The position numbers and the translations under genes are program-made. A DNA stretch of 63,990 bases, filler included, from Chiloscyllium plagiosum (taxonomy: Eukaryota): assembly GCF_004010195.1 (NCBI RefSeq). It is 4 parts of one record of this genome, joined end to end, with 100 filler letters (N's around TTAATTAATTAA, not from the genome) between each part and the next. Parts side by side here need not be neighbours in the genome. Positions count along the whole stretch, not along the records: positions 47,035 to 59,694 come from NC_057710.1; positions 59,795 to 63,990 come from NC_057710.1; 2 more parts are not named here. One strand, written 5' to 3'. Below are positions 50,950 to 62,721 of the stretch, one piece after another. Position 1 is the stretch's first letter; each line of letters opens with the position of its first letter. The notes under the pieces were generated by a model that saw nothing but the letters and a program-made list of their open reading frames with translations, was not told where the DNA came from and did not search any database.

Positions 50950-52160
50950 GAAGAACAAAGAACAAAGAAAATTTACAGCCCAGGAACAGGTCCTTCAGGC
51001 TTCCAAGCCTGAGAGATTGAAATTATTGTCTAAACCTGTCGGTCAATTCCGTATCCCTCTGCTCCCCACCTACTCATGCATCTGTCCAGCCGCATCTAAA
51101 TGAATCTACTGTGCCTGCCTCTACCAACTCTGCTGACAATGTGTTTCAGACGCCCACCATTCTCTGTGTGAAGTACTTGCCGCGTGTATCCCCCTTAAAC
51201 TTTCCACCTCTCACCTTGAAAGCATGACCTCTTGTTATTGAATCCTTCACTCTGGGAAAAAGCTTGTCTCTATCCACCCTGTCTATACCCTTCATGATTT
51301 TGTAAACCTCAATCAGGTTCCCCCTCAATCTCCTTTTTTCTAATGAAAACAAACCTAACCTACTCAACCTCTCTTCATAGCTAGCACCTTCCATACCAGG
51401 CAACATACTCGTAAACCTTCTCTGCACCCTGTCCAAAGCGTCCACATTCTTTTGATAATGTAGCGACCAGAACAGTACACAGTATTCTAAATGCAGCCGA
51501 ACCAATTTCTTGTACAATGTTAACATGACTTGCCAGCTCTTATACTCAATACCCCGTCCAAAGAAGGCAAGCATGCTATACGTCTTCTTGACCACTCTAT
51601 CCACCTGTGCAGCAACCTTCAGGGTACAATGGAGCTGCACTCCCAGATCTCTCTGCCCATCAACTTTTCCCAAGGCTCTTCCGTTCATTGTATAATTTGC
51701 TCTAGAATTAGTCTTGCCTAAATGCATCACTTCACATTTTTCTGGATTGAAATCCATCTGCCACTTTTCCACCCAACTCTCCAGTCTATCTATATCCTGT
51801 ATTCTTTGACAGTCCCTTATGCTTTCCGCTACTCTACCAATCTTCATGTCATCTGCAAACTTGCTGATCATACCAACAATGCCCTCTTCCAGATCATTTA
51901 TGTATATTACAAACAACAGTGGCCTCAACACTGACCCCTGTGGAACACCACTGGTCACCTTTCTCCGTTTCGAGAAACTCCCTTCAACTACTACTCTCTG
52001 TCTCCTGTTGCTCAACCAGTTCTTTATCCACCTAGCTAGAACACCCTGCACACCATGTGACTTCACCTTCTCCATTAGTCTACCATGGGGAACCTTATCA
52101 ACAGCCCTTCCTTCATCTATCAACTTGGTCACTTCCTTGAAAAACTCTATTAAGTTGGTA
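50950..52160 (-). mobile_element. Well-preserved CR1 RT and 3' UTR
   Basis: TNLIEFF...SGVPQGSVL.PLLFVIYINDL...KFADD.K...FTQR open for over 300 codons. Confidence 0.93.
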
Positions 52161-52359
52161 AAAGAGCTATTGCCCTTGGGAAACAGAGGGACTCTGGCAG
52201 TGAAAGCAATGAGACTGTATATCCTAGCAGCATGTTTATGACCCCTTAAAGCCAGAAAAGTAAAGATTGGAAAAATGGTCAGGCAGAGATTAGAGGATGG
52301 CACTGTGGTGGATGTTCTTGTACTACGGACTGAAATGCACACTGTGCATGGACCTGCGA

Positions 52360-53065
52360 CCCCTGACAATACAGACAGGTGCCTCATCCAAAGAAGGTTG
52401 TGGAGTGACTGAATGTTTGTGGATGCGGTGCTAACCCAGTGGGCTGCATCATCCTGGATGGTGTCAAGTTTTTGTGTGTTGTTAAAACTGGACTCATCCA
52501 GGCAGGTAAGGAGTACTCCATCACACTCTTGACTTTTCCTTGTCGAAGTGAATAGACTTTGGGAGTCAGGAGGTGAATTACTCACTGCAGGACTCTTAGC
52601 CTCTGACCTGTTTTAGTAATCATTATATTTCTGTGGCAAGACCAGTTTATTTCCTGGTCAATGTTAATAGCCAGGATGTTGATTATGGGGAATTCAGTGA
52701 CAGTAATACTATTGAATGTTGAGGGACTCTAGTTAGGTTGTCTCTTAATGGAGATAGTCATTGCCTGGGATTTATGTGTTGCAAATGTTCCTTACCATTT
52801 TCAGCCCAAGCCTGGATATCGTCCAGTATTTGCTGCGTTTGGACATATACTGCTTCCACATATGTGGATTTGCAAATGGTGCTGAACATTGTGCAGTCAG
52901 CGTAAAACATTCCCACTTCTGACCTTATGATGGAGAAAAGATCATTGATGAAGCAATTGAAAATAATTGGGCCTAGGACACTGTGAGGTACTCCTGTAGA
53001 GATGTCCTGAAGCTGAAATGGCTGACCTCTATTCAGCACTACCATCTTGCTATGTGCCACGTACG
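52360..53065 (-). mobile_element. LINE RT fragment of a different CR1/L2-group family
   Basis: DISTGVPHSVLGPIIFNCFINDL.SIIRSEVGMF.ADCT motif, distinct from the neighbouring CR1. Confidence 0.75.
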
Positions 53066-53589
53066 ATTGTTAGTACAGTAGCAATACCACAGTGCTACTA
53101 GCTTCTACAGAACAGTACAGGCAGCACAGGCCGTTTAAAAGCCAAAAAAGATGATTGAAAGAAATTAAAAAGTCACTTAAACAAATGTGGATGAATTGAG
53201 GAAAGCCCACATGATTTTGGGCTTTACGTTCCTTTTAATTGATTTGGTAGAGTGTTTGATTGAGCTAACAGGGAGAGCTGGTGAGAGTAACAGAGTTGAT
53301 GTTGTGTACATGAGCTTCCAAAATATGCTTGATAAAATAGGTTTATTCCATGATGACAATCCTATGGAATAAAAATAACTGTGGAAACATGGAAATAAAG
53401 TTAGCTCATGCAGACAAAACAAAATGTAGCGTTGAATGTTTTTTTTTCAAATTCAGGAAAGTGCATCCAAGGATCAGTACCTTTTAACTGGGCCATAATC
53501 CCTTCATACATTAACTGACAGAACAGCACTTCCATGAAATTGCATGAATGATTGAAACCCATACCAGCAAATAGGACATAAATCTCAAA

Positions 53590-55340
53590 GATGAGGCATG
53601 TTCTTGGCAGAGTGGGAGGGGGACTTGAAGGGTTCAGCCACAGGACAGTGGTGATGTTTAGTGTGTGTGTCCCAGAGATGTACTCTGAAATATTCTGCAA
53701 GTTGGCATCCTGTCTCCACAGCATATGGATGAGACCACATCGGGAGCAACGGACACAGTAGAGGACATGTGTGGAGATGCAGGAAAATCTCTGCCAGATA
53801 TGGAAGGATCTTCTGGGGCCATGGATGAAAGTAAGGGGGAAGATATGGGCACAGGTTTTATACTTCCTGCACTGGCAAGGGAAGATGCCAGGAGTGGAGG
53901 TTTGGTTGGTGGGAGGTATGGACAAGGGAGTCATGGAGGGAATGGTCTCAGCAGAACGCAGGTCGGGGTAGGGAGGGAAATATATCTCTGGTGGTGGGAT
54001 CTGTTTGTAGGTGGCAGAAATGGCAGAGGATGATATGATATATCCGGAGGTTGGTGGGGTAGAAGGTGATTGGTGGTGGTGGGGGGGAGTGTTCTGTCCT
54101 TGTTGCGGTTGGAGGGGTGGAGGTCAAGGGCAGAGGTGCGGGAAGTGGAGGAGATGTGCTGGAGGGCATCGTTGACCAGGTGGGGGGAGGAGGGAAATAG
54201 TGATCCTTGAAGAAGGCCATCTGGGATGTTTTATAGTGGAATTGGTGCTGCTGGGAAGCAGATGTGGCAGAGGGTGAGGAATTGGGAGTAAGGGATGGCA
54301 TTTTTACAGGAGGTAGGGGAGTTGTTGGGTTTGAAGTAGATGTCTGTGTTGAGTTGGTAGCCAGAAATGGAGATGGAGAGGTCCAGAAAAGGGAGGGAGG
54401 TGCCCGAGGTGGTCTAGGTGAACTTGAGGTCAGGGTGGAAGTTCTTTATGAAGTTGATGAACTGTTCAAACTCCTCTTGGGAGCACGAGGTGTCGCCGAT
54501 ACAGTCATCAATGTAGCGGAGGAAAATGTGGGCAATGGTGCTGGTGTAGCTGTGGAGATTCAACTGTTCCACGTATCCGATGAAGAGGCAGGCATAGCTG
54601 GGGCCCATGCATGTGCCCATGGCTACCCCTTTGGTCTGGAGGAAGTGGGAGGATTGGTTTGGAGAAATTGTTGAGTTGGAGAACCAATTCAGCCCATCGA
54701 ATGATTGTGTCAGCAGAAGGGTATTGCGTGGGTCAGCGGGATAGGAAGAAATGGAGGGCTTGGAGGCCTTCGTCATTGGTGGACAGATGGGAATAAGGAC
54801 TGGATGTACATGGTGAAGATGAGGCATTGGGGGCTAGGGGACCAAACGTCATGGAGAAGGTAGAAGACGTGGATGGTGTCTCGAATGTATGTGAAGAAAT
54901 CCTGGACAAGGGGGACAGAATGGTGTCATGGTATGTGGAGATAAGTTCGGTAGGGCAGGAGCAGGCTGAGACGATGGGTCGACCATGGCAGTCAGGTTTG
55001 TGAATTTTGGGTCGGAGGTAGAACTTGATGGTGAAGGGTTCCTGGACTATGAGGTTGGAGGCTGTAGATAGGATATCCCCCGAGGTGATGAGGTTGTGGA
55101 TGATCTGGGAGATGATGGTTTGGTGATGGGAGGTGAGGTTATGGTCGAGGGGGCAGTAGGAGGAGGTTGGGGTTGAAGTGGAAGGAGTGGAGGGCTGCGT
55201 GTAGTGAGGGTGAAAGGTTGGAGTGGGTGAGGGGGGTGGACAGGTTGAGGCGATCAATGTCATGGCAGTAGTTGAAAATGAAGAGATTGAGGGTGGGTAA
55301 TAGGCCAGCAAAGGGTGTCCAAATGGATGGAATTTATTGG
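53590..55340 (-). mobile_element. Decayed Penelope-like element (Neptune-type): RT, Zn-finger and GIY-YIG start
   Basis: FYLRPKIHKP...GRPIVSAC, QTKGVAMGTCMGPSYACLF.GYVE, FLRYIDDC, then PGIFPC.CRK.KTC...FSC.STHVLYCVRC.RCGL; frameshifted. Confidence 0.88.
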
Positions 55341-56332
55341 AGGCAGGAGAAGGGGTCCTCGGAGGGTGGGTGGGAGTCCTGATGGAAAAAGTAAGCACGG
55401 AAGCGGAGATGGTGGAAGTTCGATGTCACAACACGTACTGAATTCATTCACGTGCATTCAACTCCCCCTTCCAGTCCGCCACCCCTTTGAAACTGTCTAA
55501 GTGATTCATTAATTTTTTTCCAAATTATCATTTTTAGGCCTTTAAACTGCCTCAGCCTCTGTGTTTTTGAAGAAATTTGGTATAGACAATCGCCTCATTT
55601 CAAGGGGTACATATGGATGGGCAACAAATGTTTGCCTTTCTAGTGATACTCGTAAGATAATACATTAAGAAAACATCAATTACCCAGTCCTCTGGCAGAG
55701 CATCTCCATCTAATGAGGATTGGAAGCTTAAATAATTAAAATTTTGCTGACGTAGACCAAGCAAGAGCAAAAGGGAAATGTTTCAAAATAAAGCAAGGAA
55801 TGTCAGATAGTTTGCACATCATATAGTCTTATCATCAGTAGAACAGCTAAAACTCATTTCAGGAGGGAATAGAGCTGCAGCAACAATTTTTAAACCACTA
55901 CAGGAAAGAATCAGGAATCAGATTACTTAATGAGCAAGAAAATCAAAAAGATAGTAAACTGAGATGCTACAAGGTCATTCAGACTAGGTAAACTATACAT
56001 GCTAACTGACAAACACAACTTGTCAATAGGTCAGAAGTTGCATCATGAGGAAATATATTTTTAGTAAGAAAATATAAGAACATATTTTTCATAAGAATAG
56101 AGGGTGGTAGTAGGAAGTGACTGAACAGGACGATTCTGGGGGAAGTCTGCTCAGTCACCACAACTGAGATGAAGTTTGTGGGGGGGCCTTGTCCTCAACT
56201 GTAAGAAGAAGATTTGACAGAGGGTGGTAGTGAGAAGTGACTGAGGGGTATTGTGGGAGAACTTTTTCCTTCCTATTGACAGCATATGAAAGGAAGGCAA
56301 GATCTCATGGGAGTGACCATTTTGGAAATGGG

Positions 56333-56517
56333 CTGTGAGGTCAAAGCAGAAAATGAGAACTGCAGATGCTGGAGATCAGAGTCGAGAGTGTGCTGCTGGG
56401 AAAGCACAGCAGGTCAGGCAGCATCTTAGGAGCAGAAAAATTGGCGTTTTGGGCATAAGCCCTTCATCAGGAATTCCAGGCTTTTCTAGCACCACACTCT
56501 CGACTGTGAGGTCAAAG
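56333..56517 (-). mobile_element. Short PLE-derived insert, family A, with 14-bp target duplication and inverted end
   Basis: CTGTGAGGTCAAAG at 56333-56346 and 56504-56517; degenerate hammerhead-like core at 56443-56470. Confidence 0.78.
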
Positions 56518-56899
56518 TGCTTGCTTTGATGAGCATTGAGCCTTGCTGGGGAGGGCAAACAACATTAAGGCTTGGCAAGGTAAGGACATTTAATCTAACA
56601 GTTATTAGAGGGTAGTAATGGCAGTTAGTGGAGTGGTATGCTCCACCTGTAAGATGTCCGAGATCAGGGATAGGTCGAGTGCCCCAAACAACTATGTCTG
56701 CAGGAAGTGTGCCCACCTGCAGTTCCTCTCAGACCTCACAGTTGGTTGGTGTAGCAGTTAGACTTACTGAGGCAGGGAGTTTTAAAGACAGGAGTTTTAG
56801 GGATGTGGTCAAACTAAAGGTTCAGGCAGGTAGATGGGTGACTGCCAGAGATAAAAGCAGTTAGTGCAGGAGTCTCTTTTGGCTATTCCCCTCCCAGTT

Positions 56900-57530
56900 G
56901 GATGTTTTCTGGAAACTCAAGGGTTGTTGAGATGGCACTTAGTGTGTTGGCTTTTATCGGTAGAGGGATTGAGTTTCGAAACCATGAGATCACGCTGCAG
57001 CTGCACAAAACTCTAGTGCGGCCATATTTGAAGTATTGCGCACAGTTCTGGTCACTGCATTATAGAAAAGATGTGGAAGCTTTGGAAAGGGTTCAGAGGA
57101 AATTTACTAGGATGTTGCCTGGTATGGAGGAAAGGCCTTACAAGGAAAGGTTGAGGAACTTGAGGCTGTTTTCGTTAGAGAGAAGAAGGTTGAGAGGTGA
57201 CTTAATTGAGACATATCAGATAATCAGAGAGTTAGTTAAGTTGGACAATGAGAGCCTTTTTCCTAGGATGGCGAAGGCTAGCATGAAGGGACATAGCTTT
57301 AAATTGAGAGGTGATAGATATAAGACAGGTGTCAGAGGTAGTTTCTTTACTCAGAGAGTAGTAGGCCTGCAATAGTAGTAGATTCACCAACTTTAAGGGT
57401 ATTTAAATGGTCATTGGATTGGCATATGGACAAGAATGGAGTAGTGTAGGTTAGACGGTCTCAGATTGGTTCGACAGGTTGGCTCAACATTGAGGGCCGA
57501 AGGACCTGTACTGTGCTATAATGTTCTATG
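56900..57530 (+). mobile_element. CR1 3' end nested in CR1 ORF1
   Basis: ORF 56902-57375 LAFIGRGIEF...[29 protein letters not shown]. Confidence 0.9.
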
Positions 57531-57963
57531 TTGGCATCTCAGGGGAAAGCAACAGTAGCTATCAGATCAATCACACCATGATTAGCTCTGTTGTACAGCA
57601 GGGAGGCTTGATGTGTAGGTGAGCATTAGTGATCGGAAACTCTATAGTCAGGGGCACAGGTAAGTGTTTCTGTGGCCACAAACAGGACTCCAGGATGGTG
57701 TGTTGCTTCCCTGGTGCCAGGGCAAAGGATGTCTCTGACTGGCCACAGGACACTCTGAGAGGAGAGGGTGAGCTTCTAAAGGTTGTGGTACATATTAGCA
57801 ATAACGACACAGGCAGAAAGAGAGACAAGGTCCGGTAAAGGGAATTTAGGGAGTTAAGGAGAAAGTTGAAAAGCAGGATCTCTAGGATTGTAATCTCAGG
57901 ATTATTCCCTGTGTCACATGCTGGTGAGATCAGAAATAGGAAGATAATACAGTTAAAATCACA

Positions 57964-58280
57964 GTGGCACAGTGGTAAGCACTGCTGCCTCACAGCGCCA
58001 GATACCCGGGTTCAATTCCCGCCTCAGGCAACTGTCTGCGTGGAGTTTGCACATTCTCTCTGTGTCTGCGTGGGTTTCCTCCGGGTGCTCTGGTTTCCTC
58101 CCACAGTCCAAAAATGTGCAGGTTAGGTGAATTGGCCATGTTAAATTGCCCATAGTGTTAGGTGAATGGATAAATGTAGGGGAATGGGTCTGGGTGGGTT
58201 GCTCTTCAGAGTTTCAGTGTGGACTTGTTGGGCTGAAGGGCCTGTTTCCACACTGTAAGTAATCGAAAAGAAAATCTAAT
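57964..58280 (+). mobile_element. HE1-type V-SINE
   Basis: Full-length match to 30926-31211; B box GGTTCAATTCC. Confidence 0.88.
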
Positions 58281-59099
58281 GAGATGGTGTAAGAGGGAGG
58301 GTTTCAGCTTTTTGGATTATTGGGATCTCTTCCAGGTCAGGAGGGACCTGTACAGCAGTCTTGCAATCAATTCTTGCAATTAGTTCTGTGGAGGAGGCTG
58401 CATTATATCAGGGATTGAGACTAGCCAATGCGGTGTACTATTTTGGGACTCTGGGAGTAACCTTGTGATGCTGTACAGAGATGCTTCACATTAGGCATAA
58501 ATAGCTTTGTGTGATTGGTGTTAGGGACGAGAAAGAAGAGAGAAACAAATGTAAAGTCTACTCATGATTGTTTTAAAAAAGGTGTAGTGAAGTAGAGTGC
58601 AGTTGTGGAGTAGACTGACTAGCATTAGCTGGTAGAATCCATGGAATAGTTTCTCAATATTATAAAAGTAAGATGAAACCTTGGTATATCTCTTAAAATG
58701 GTGTATTGCAGTATTAGTTTTCTTATGTAATAGGCAGTTATAAATTGACTGAAGCCTCAAGGCAGTTTTTGTCTGTGCCTTCTCCTGAACCATCTTTCTT
58801 GTACTCAAACATAAATCATAGAATTACAGAGGTGTTATAGTACGGAAGAAGGCCATCAGCCTATTGTTTGCACTGGTTCTTCAAATGAGCCATCATTACC
58901 AACTGACAATTTCCTGCATTTTTTCCCATATACCCTTGTACATTATTTCTACTCAAATAATCATTCAATATCCTCTTGAATGCCTCAACTGAACATGTCT
59001 CCGCTTATGAAGGGCATAAATAACAAAAAAAAGCATATATATGAAGGATCAATTTTCAGAGCTGTATGATTCCATGAAACAGTTTAAAATGAGTAACGA

Positions 59100-59185
59100 G
59101 ACTCGGGCGACTGCCTGTGTGGAGTTTGCACATTCTCCCTGTGTCTGCGTGGGTTTCCTCCGGGTGCTCCGGTTTCCTCCCACAC
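59100..59185 (+). mobile_element. HE1 SINE V-domain fragment
   Basis: TGTGTGGAGTTTGCACATTCTCCCTGTGTCTGCGTGGGTTTCCTCCGGGTGCTCCGG. Confidence 0.8.
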
Positions 59186-59562
59186 TCACAAAAAGACACG
59201 ATCCTCCTCTCCCTCATAGCCCTACACACGGATGAAAAAAACCATTTCGACTGGGACAACACATCTATCCTGGGACAGGCTAAGCAAAGACATGCCAGAG
59301 AATTCCTAGAGGCCTGGCACTCCAACCACAACGCTATATACAAACACACAGATCTAGATGCCATCTATCAACCCCTCAGAAAATGAACAGGAAATGACAT
59401 CACTACAAACCCCAGGAACCCCATCCAGGAGAAAGATATAAATAGAAAGCAGGAGACAACAGCTTCGCTTCACTTGGAGGTCGCCACTGATGATGTTACC
59501 TAACCAGATAATGAAACTCTGGATATCAAACCTACAGCTCAGCGAGCAAACCTACACCCTAA
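59186..59562 (+). mobile_element. Penelope (Poseidon-like) 3' fragment
   Basis: HFDWDNTSILGQAKQRHAREFLEAWHS..AI.KH.DLDAIYQPL, paralogous to 45900-46110; degenerate hammerhead-like core at 59487-59519. Confidence 0.8.
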
Positions 59563-59694
59563 TCCTTGTAAATCTTTTCTGAACTCTTTCAAGTTTCACA
59601 ACATCTTTCCGCTAGGAAGGAGACCAGAATTGCACGCAATATTCCAATAGTGGCCTAACCAATGTCCTGTACAGCCGCAACATGACCTCCCAAC

Positions 59695-59794
59695 NNNNNN
59701 NNNNNNNNNNNNNNNNNNNNNNNNNNNNNNNNNNNNNNTTAATTAATTAANNNNNNNNNNNNNNNNNNNNNNNNNNNNNNNNNNNNNNNNNNNN
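59695..59794. other. 100-bp scaffold gap with artificial TTAATTAATTAA spacer
   Basis: 44 N + 12-mer (59739-59750) + 44 N. Confidence 0.97.
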
Positions 59795-62721
59795 CCAGTG
59801 CCACGAGATAGTGAGGTGAGGAACAGTCAGTGAATGCAGCTTAACACGTGGCAGCGAGGCTGGTGCAAGAGGGAGGGCTTCATAAACCTAGACCATTGGG
59901 ATACCTTCTGGGGAAGGTGGGACCTGTACATGAAGGATGGGTTGCACCTGAACTGGAGGGACACAAATGTCCTGGGTGGGAGATTTGCTTGTGTGATTCA
60001 GGAGGGTTTAAACTAGTTTGGCAGGGGGGTGGGAATCAGAGCTACATGTCTGAGAGGGGGTCAGTTGCAGATGGGCAGTGACAGGATGTATTGAATCAAT
60101 CGGGAAGGTTTCCCACGTGATGAAACAAAGGGATCAGTTAAAGTGTGTCTGCTTTAATGAAAGGAGTGTCTGGAATAAGAGTGACAAACTTAGAGCATGG
60201 ATCAGTACTTGGGGCTACAATGTTGTGGCCATAATGGAGATGTGGGTTTCACAGGGACAGGACTGGTTGCTTGATGTAACAGGGTGGAAAAGAGGAGGGG
60301 GTGTAGCATTGTTAATCAGAGAGTGCATCACAGCTACAGAAATGAAGGTTGTTGAGGAAGGTTTGTCTACTGAGTCAGTACGGGTAAAAGTTAGGAACAG
60401 CAAGGGAACAGCCACCGCATCAGGGGTTTTCTACAGACTACCTCGTAGCAGTGGAGAGATTGAAGGTCTCATAGGCAGGCAGATTCTGTAAAAATGCAGA
60501 AGTAGCAGGGTTGTTGTTATGGGTGATTGCAACTTTCCCAATATCGACTGGAACCTCCTAAGTGCAGATGGTTTGAATGGAATCGTTTTTATCAGGTGTG
60601 TTCAGGAGGGTTTCCTTACTCACTATGTAGCAGACCGACGAGGGGAGAGGCCATTTTATATTTGGTGCTTAGAAGTGTAGGGGTATGGGTGGGTTGCGCT
60701 TTGGCGGGTCAGTGTGGACTTGTATGGCCGAAGGTCCTGTTTCCACACTGTAATGTAATGTAATCTAATCTAATCTAAAAAGTGAGCCAAATCATGTGTC
60801 AGATCTTGTGGTGGGAGAACACTTTGGTGACAGTGATCACAACTGCCTCACATTTACCATAGCCTTGGAGAGGGAAAGGAGCAGTTACTGAGGGAAATAT
60901 TTAATTGGGGAAAAGGAAATTATGATGCTATCAGACAAGAGTTGGGAAGTACAGACTGGAAGCAATTGTTCCACTGAAAGGGCACAGCAGACATGTGGAG
61001 ACTGTTTAAGAAATAGTTGTTGCGAGTGATGCACAAATTTGTTCCTCTGAGACAGGTAAGAAGGTGAAAGATTAAGGAACCTTGAATGATGAGAACAGAG
61101 GAGCTTCTCGTCAAAAGGAAGAAGGCAGCTTATGTAAGGTGGAGGAAGCAAGGATCTAGCACAGCTTTAGAGGATTACAGGCTTGCTAGAAAGGAGCTCA
61201 GAAATGGACTGAGGAGAGCCAGGAGGAGGCACGAAAAAGTTTTGGCAAGAAGGATTAGGGAGAACCCAAAGACATTTTACTCATACGTGAGGATTAAGAG
61301 AATGATCAGGGAGAAGGTAGGGCCGATCAGGGATAGCGAAGTGAATTTGTGCGTGGACTCCAAGCAGATAGGGGAAGACCTAAATGAGTTTTTTGCTTCG
61401 GCTTTCACCTAGGAAAGGAACCTTGTTGTGAATGAAAACTTTCAGGAGCTGGGATACAGTCTCGACCAGATCAAGATTGATGAAGTTGATGAAATTTTGG
61501 AAAACATTAAGATTGATAAGTCTCCAGGGCCAGACCAAATTTATCGTAGGCTACTCCAGGAAGCGAGAAAGAAGGTTGCTAAGCTGCATCCTCACTCTCC
61601 ATGGGAGTTGTACCGGAGGATTGGAAGGAGGCAAATGTTATTCCTCTTTTCAAGAAGGGTATTAGGGAAGTCCCTGGCAATTACAGACCAGTCAGTCTTA
61701 TGTCTGTAGTCAGCAAAGTTTTGGAAAGAATTCTGAGGGATAGGATTTATGACTATTTGGCAAAGCATAGTGTGATTAAAGGCAGTCAGCATGGCTTTGA
61801 TGAGGGGTGGGTTAGTAAATTTGCAGATGATACAAAGGTTGGAGGTGTTGTCGATAGTATAGAGAGCTACTGCAGGCTGCAGCGCAACATAGACAGGATG
61901 CAGAGCTGGGCTGAGAAATGGCAGATGGAGTTCAACCTGGATAAATGAGAAGTGATGCATTTTGGAAGGTCGAACTCAAATGCTGAATATAGGATTAAAG
62001 ACAGGATTCTTGGCAGTGTGGAGGAACAGAGGAATCTGGGTGTGGAAGTACGTATATCCCTCAAAATTGCCACCCAAGCGGAGAGGGTTGTTAAGAAAGC
62101 ATATGGTGTTTTGGCTTTCATTAACAGGGGTTCTGTTTAAGAGCCACGAGATTTTGCTACAGCTCTACAAGTCCCTGGTGAAACCATACTTGGAATATTG
62201 CGTCCAGGTTCCGGTTGCCCTACTATAGGAAAGATACCGAGACTTTGGAGAGGGTGCAAAGGTTTACCAGGATGCTGCCTAGACTGGAGGGCTTGTCTTA
62301 TGAAGAAAGGTTATATAAGCTCGGACTTTTCTCTCTGGAGTGAAGGAGGAAGAGAGGAGAACTGATCAAGGTATACAAGATAATGAGTGGAATAGATAGA
62401 GTCAATAGCCAGAGACTTTTCCCCAGGGCAGGATTGACTGGTACAAGGAGTCATACTTTGAAGATATTAGGAGGAAAGTATAAAGGAGACATTAGAGATA
62501 GGCTCTTTACGCAGAGAGTTGTGAATGCATGGAATGCTTTGCCAGCTGTGGTGGTGGAGGCAGAGTCATTAAGGAAATTTAAGTGACTGCTGGACATGCA
62601 CATGGATAGCAGTGAGTTGAGGGGTGTGTAGGTTAAATTATTATATTTTACATTAGGATTAAACCTTGGCACAACATCGTGGGCCAAAAGGCCTGTTCTG
62701 TGCTGTACTTTTCTATGTTCT
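59795..62721 (+). mobile_element. Long, internally deleted CR1: ORF1 C-terminus, APE endonuclease, RT and 3' UTR; SINE 3' half inserted at ~60674-60777
   Basis: DGLHLN (ORF1 esterase); FN.RSV.NK, VAI.E.W, GGGVALLI, GVFYR.P (APE); PEDWKEANVIPLFKKG...NYRPVSL, KFADDTK (RT); many stops. Confidence 0.92.

Larger units (their letters stand above)
56600..58355 (+). mobile_element. CR1 ORF1 (zinc finger and SGNH esterase-like), interrupted by a CR1 3' end and a SINE
   Basis: VVCSTCKM...NYVCRKC at ~56635-56715; VIGNSIVRG...CCFPGAR.KDV...VVVHI..ND at 57629-57838. Confidence 0.8.

Noticed and set aside
51146..52585. 479-aa ORF as a novel or domesticated RT gene
   Set aside because: Chance in-frame join of an off-frame LINE fragment, a spacer and a CR1 RT that lacks its N-terminal motifs and has an internal deletion.
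59041..59100. SELYDS as the missing LYELD ARID exon
   Set aside because: No DPKRKEFLDDLF follows; it runs into a SINE.
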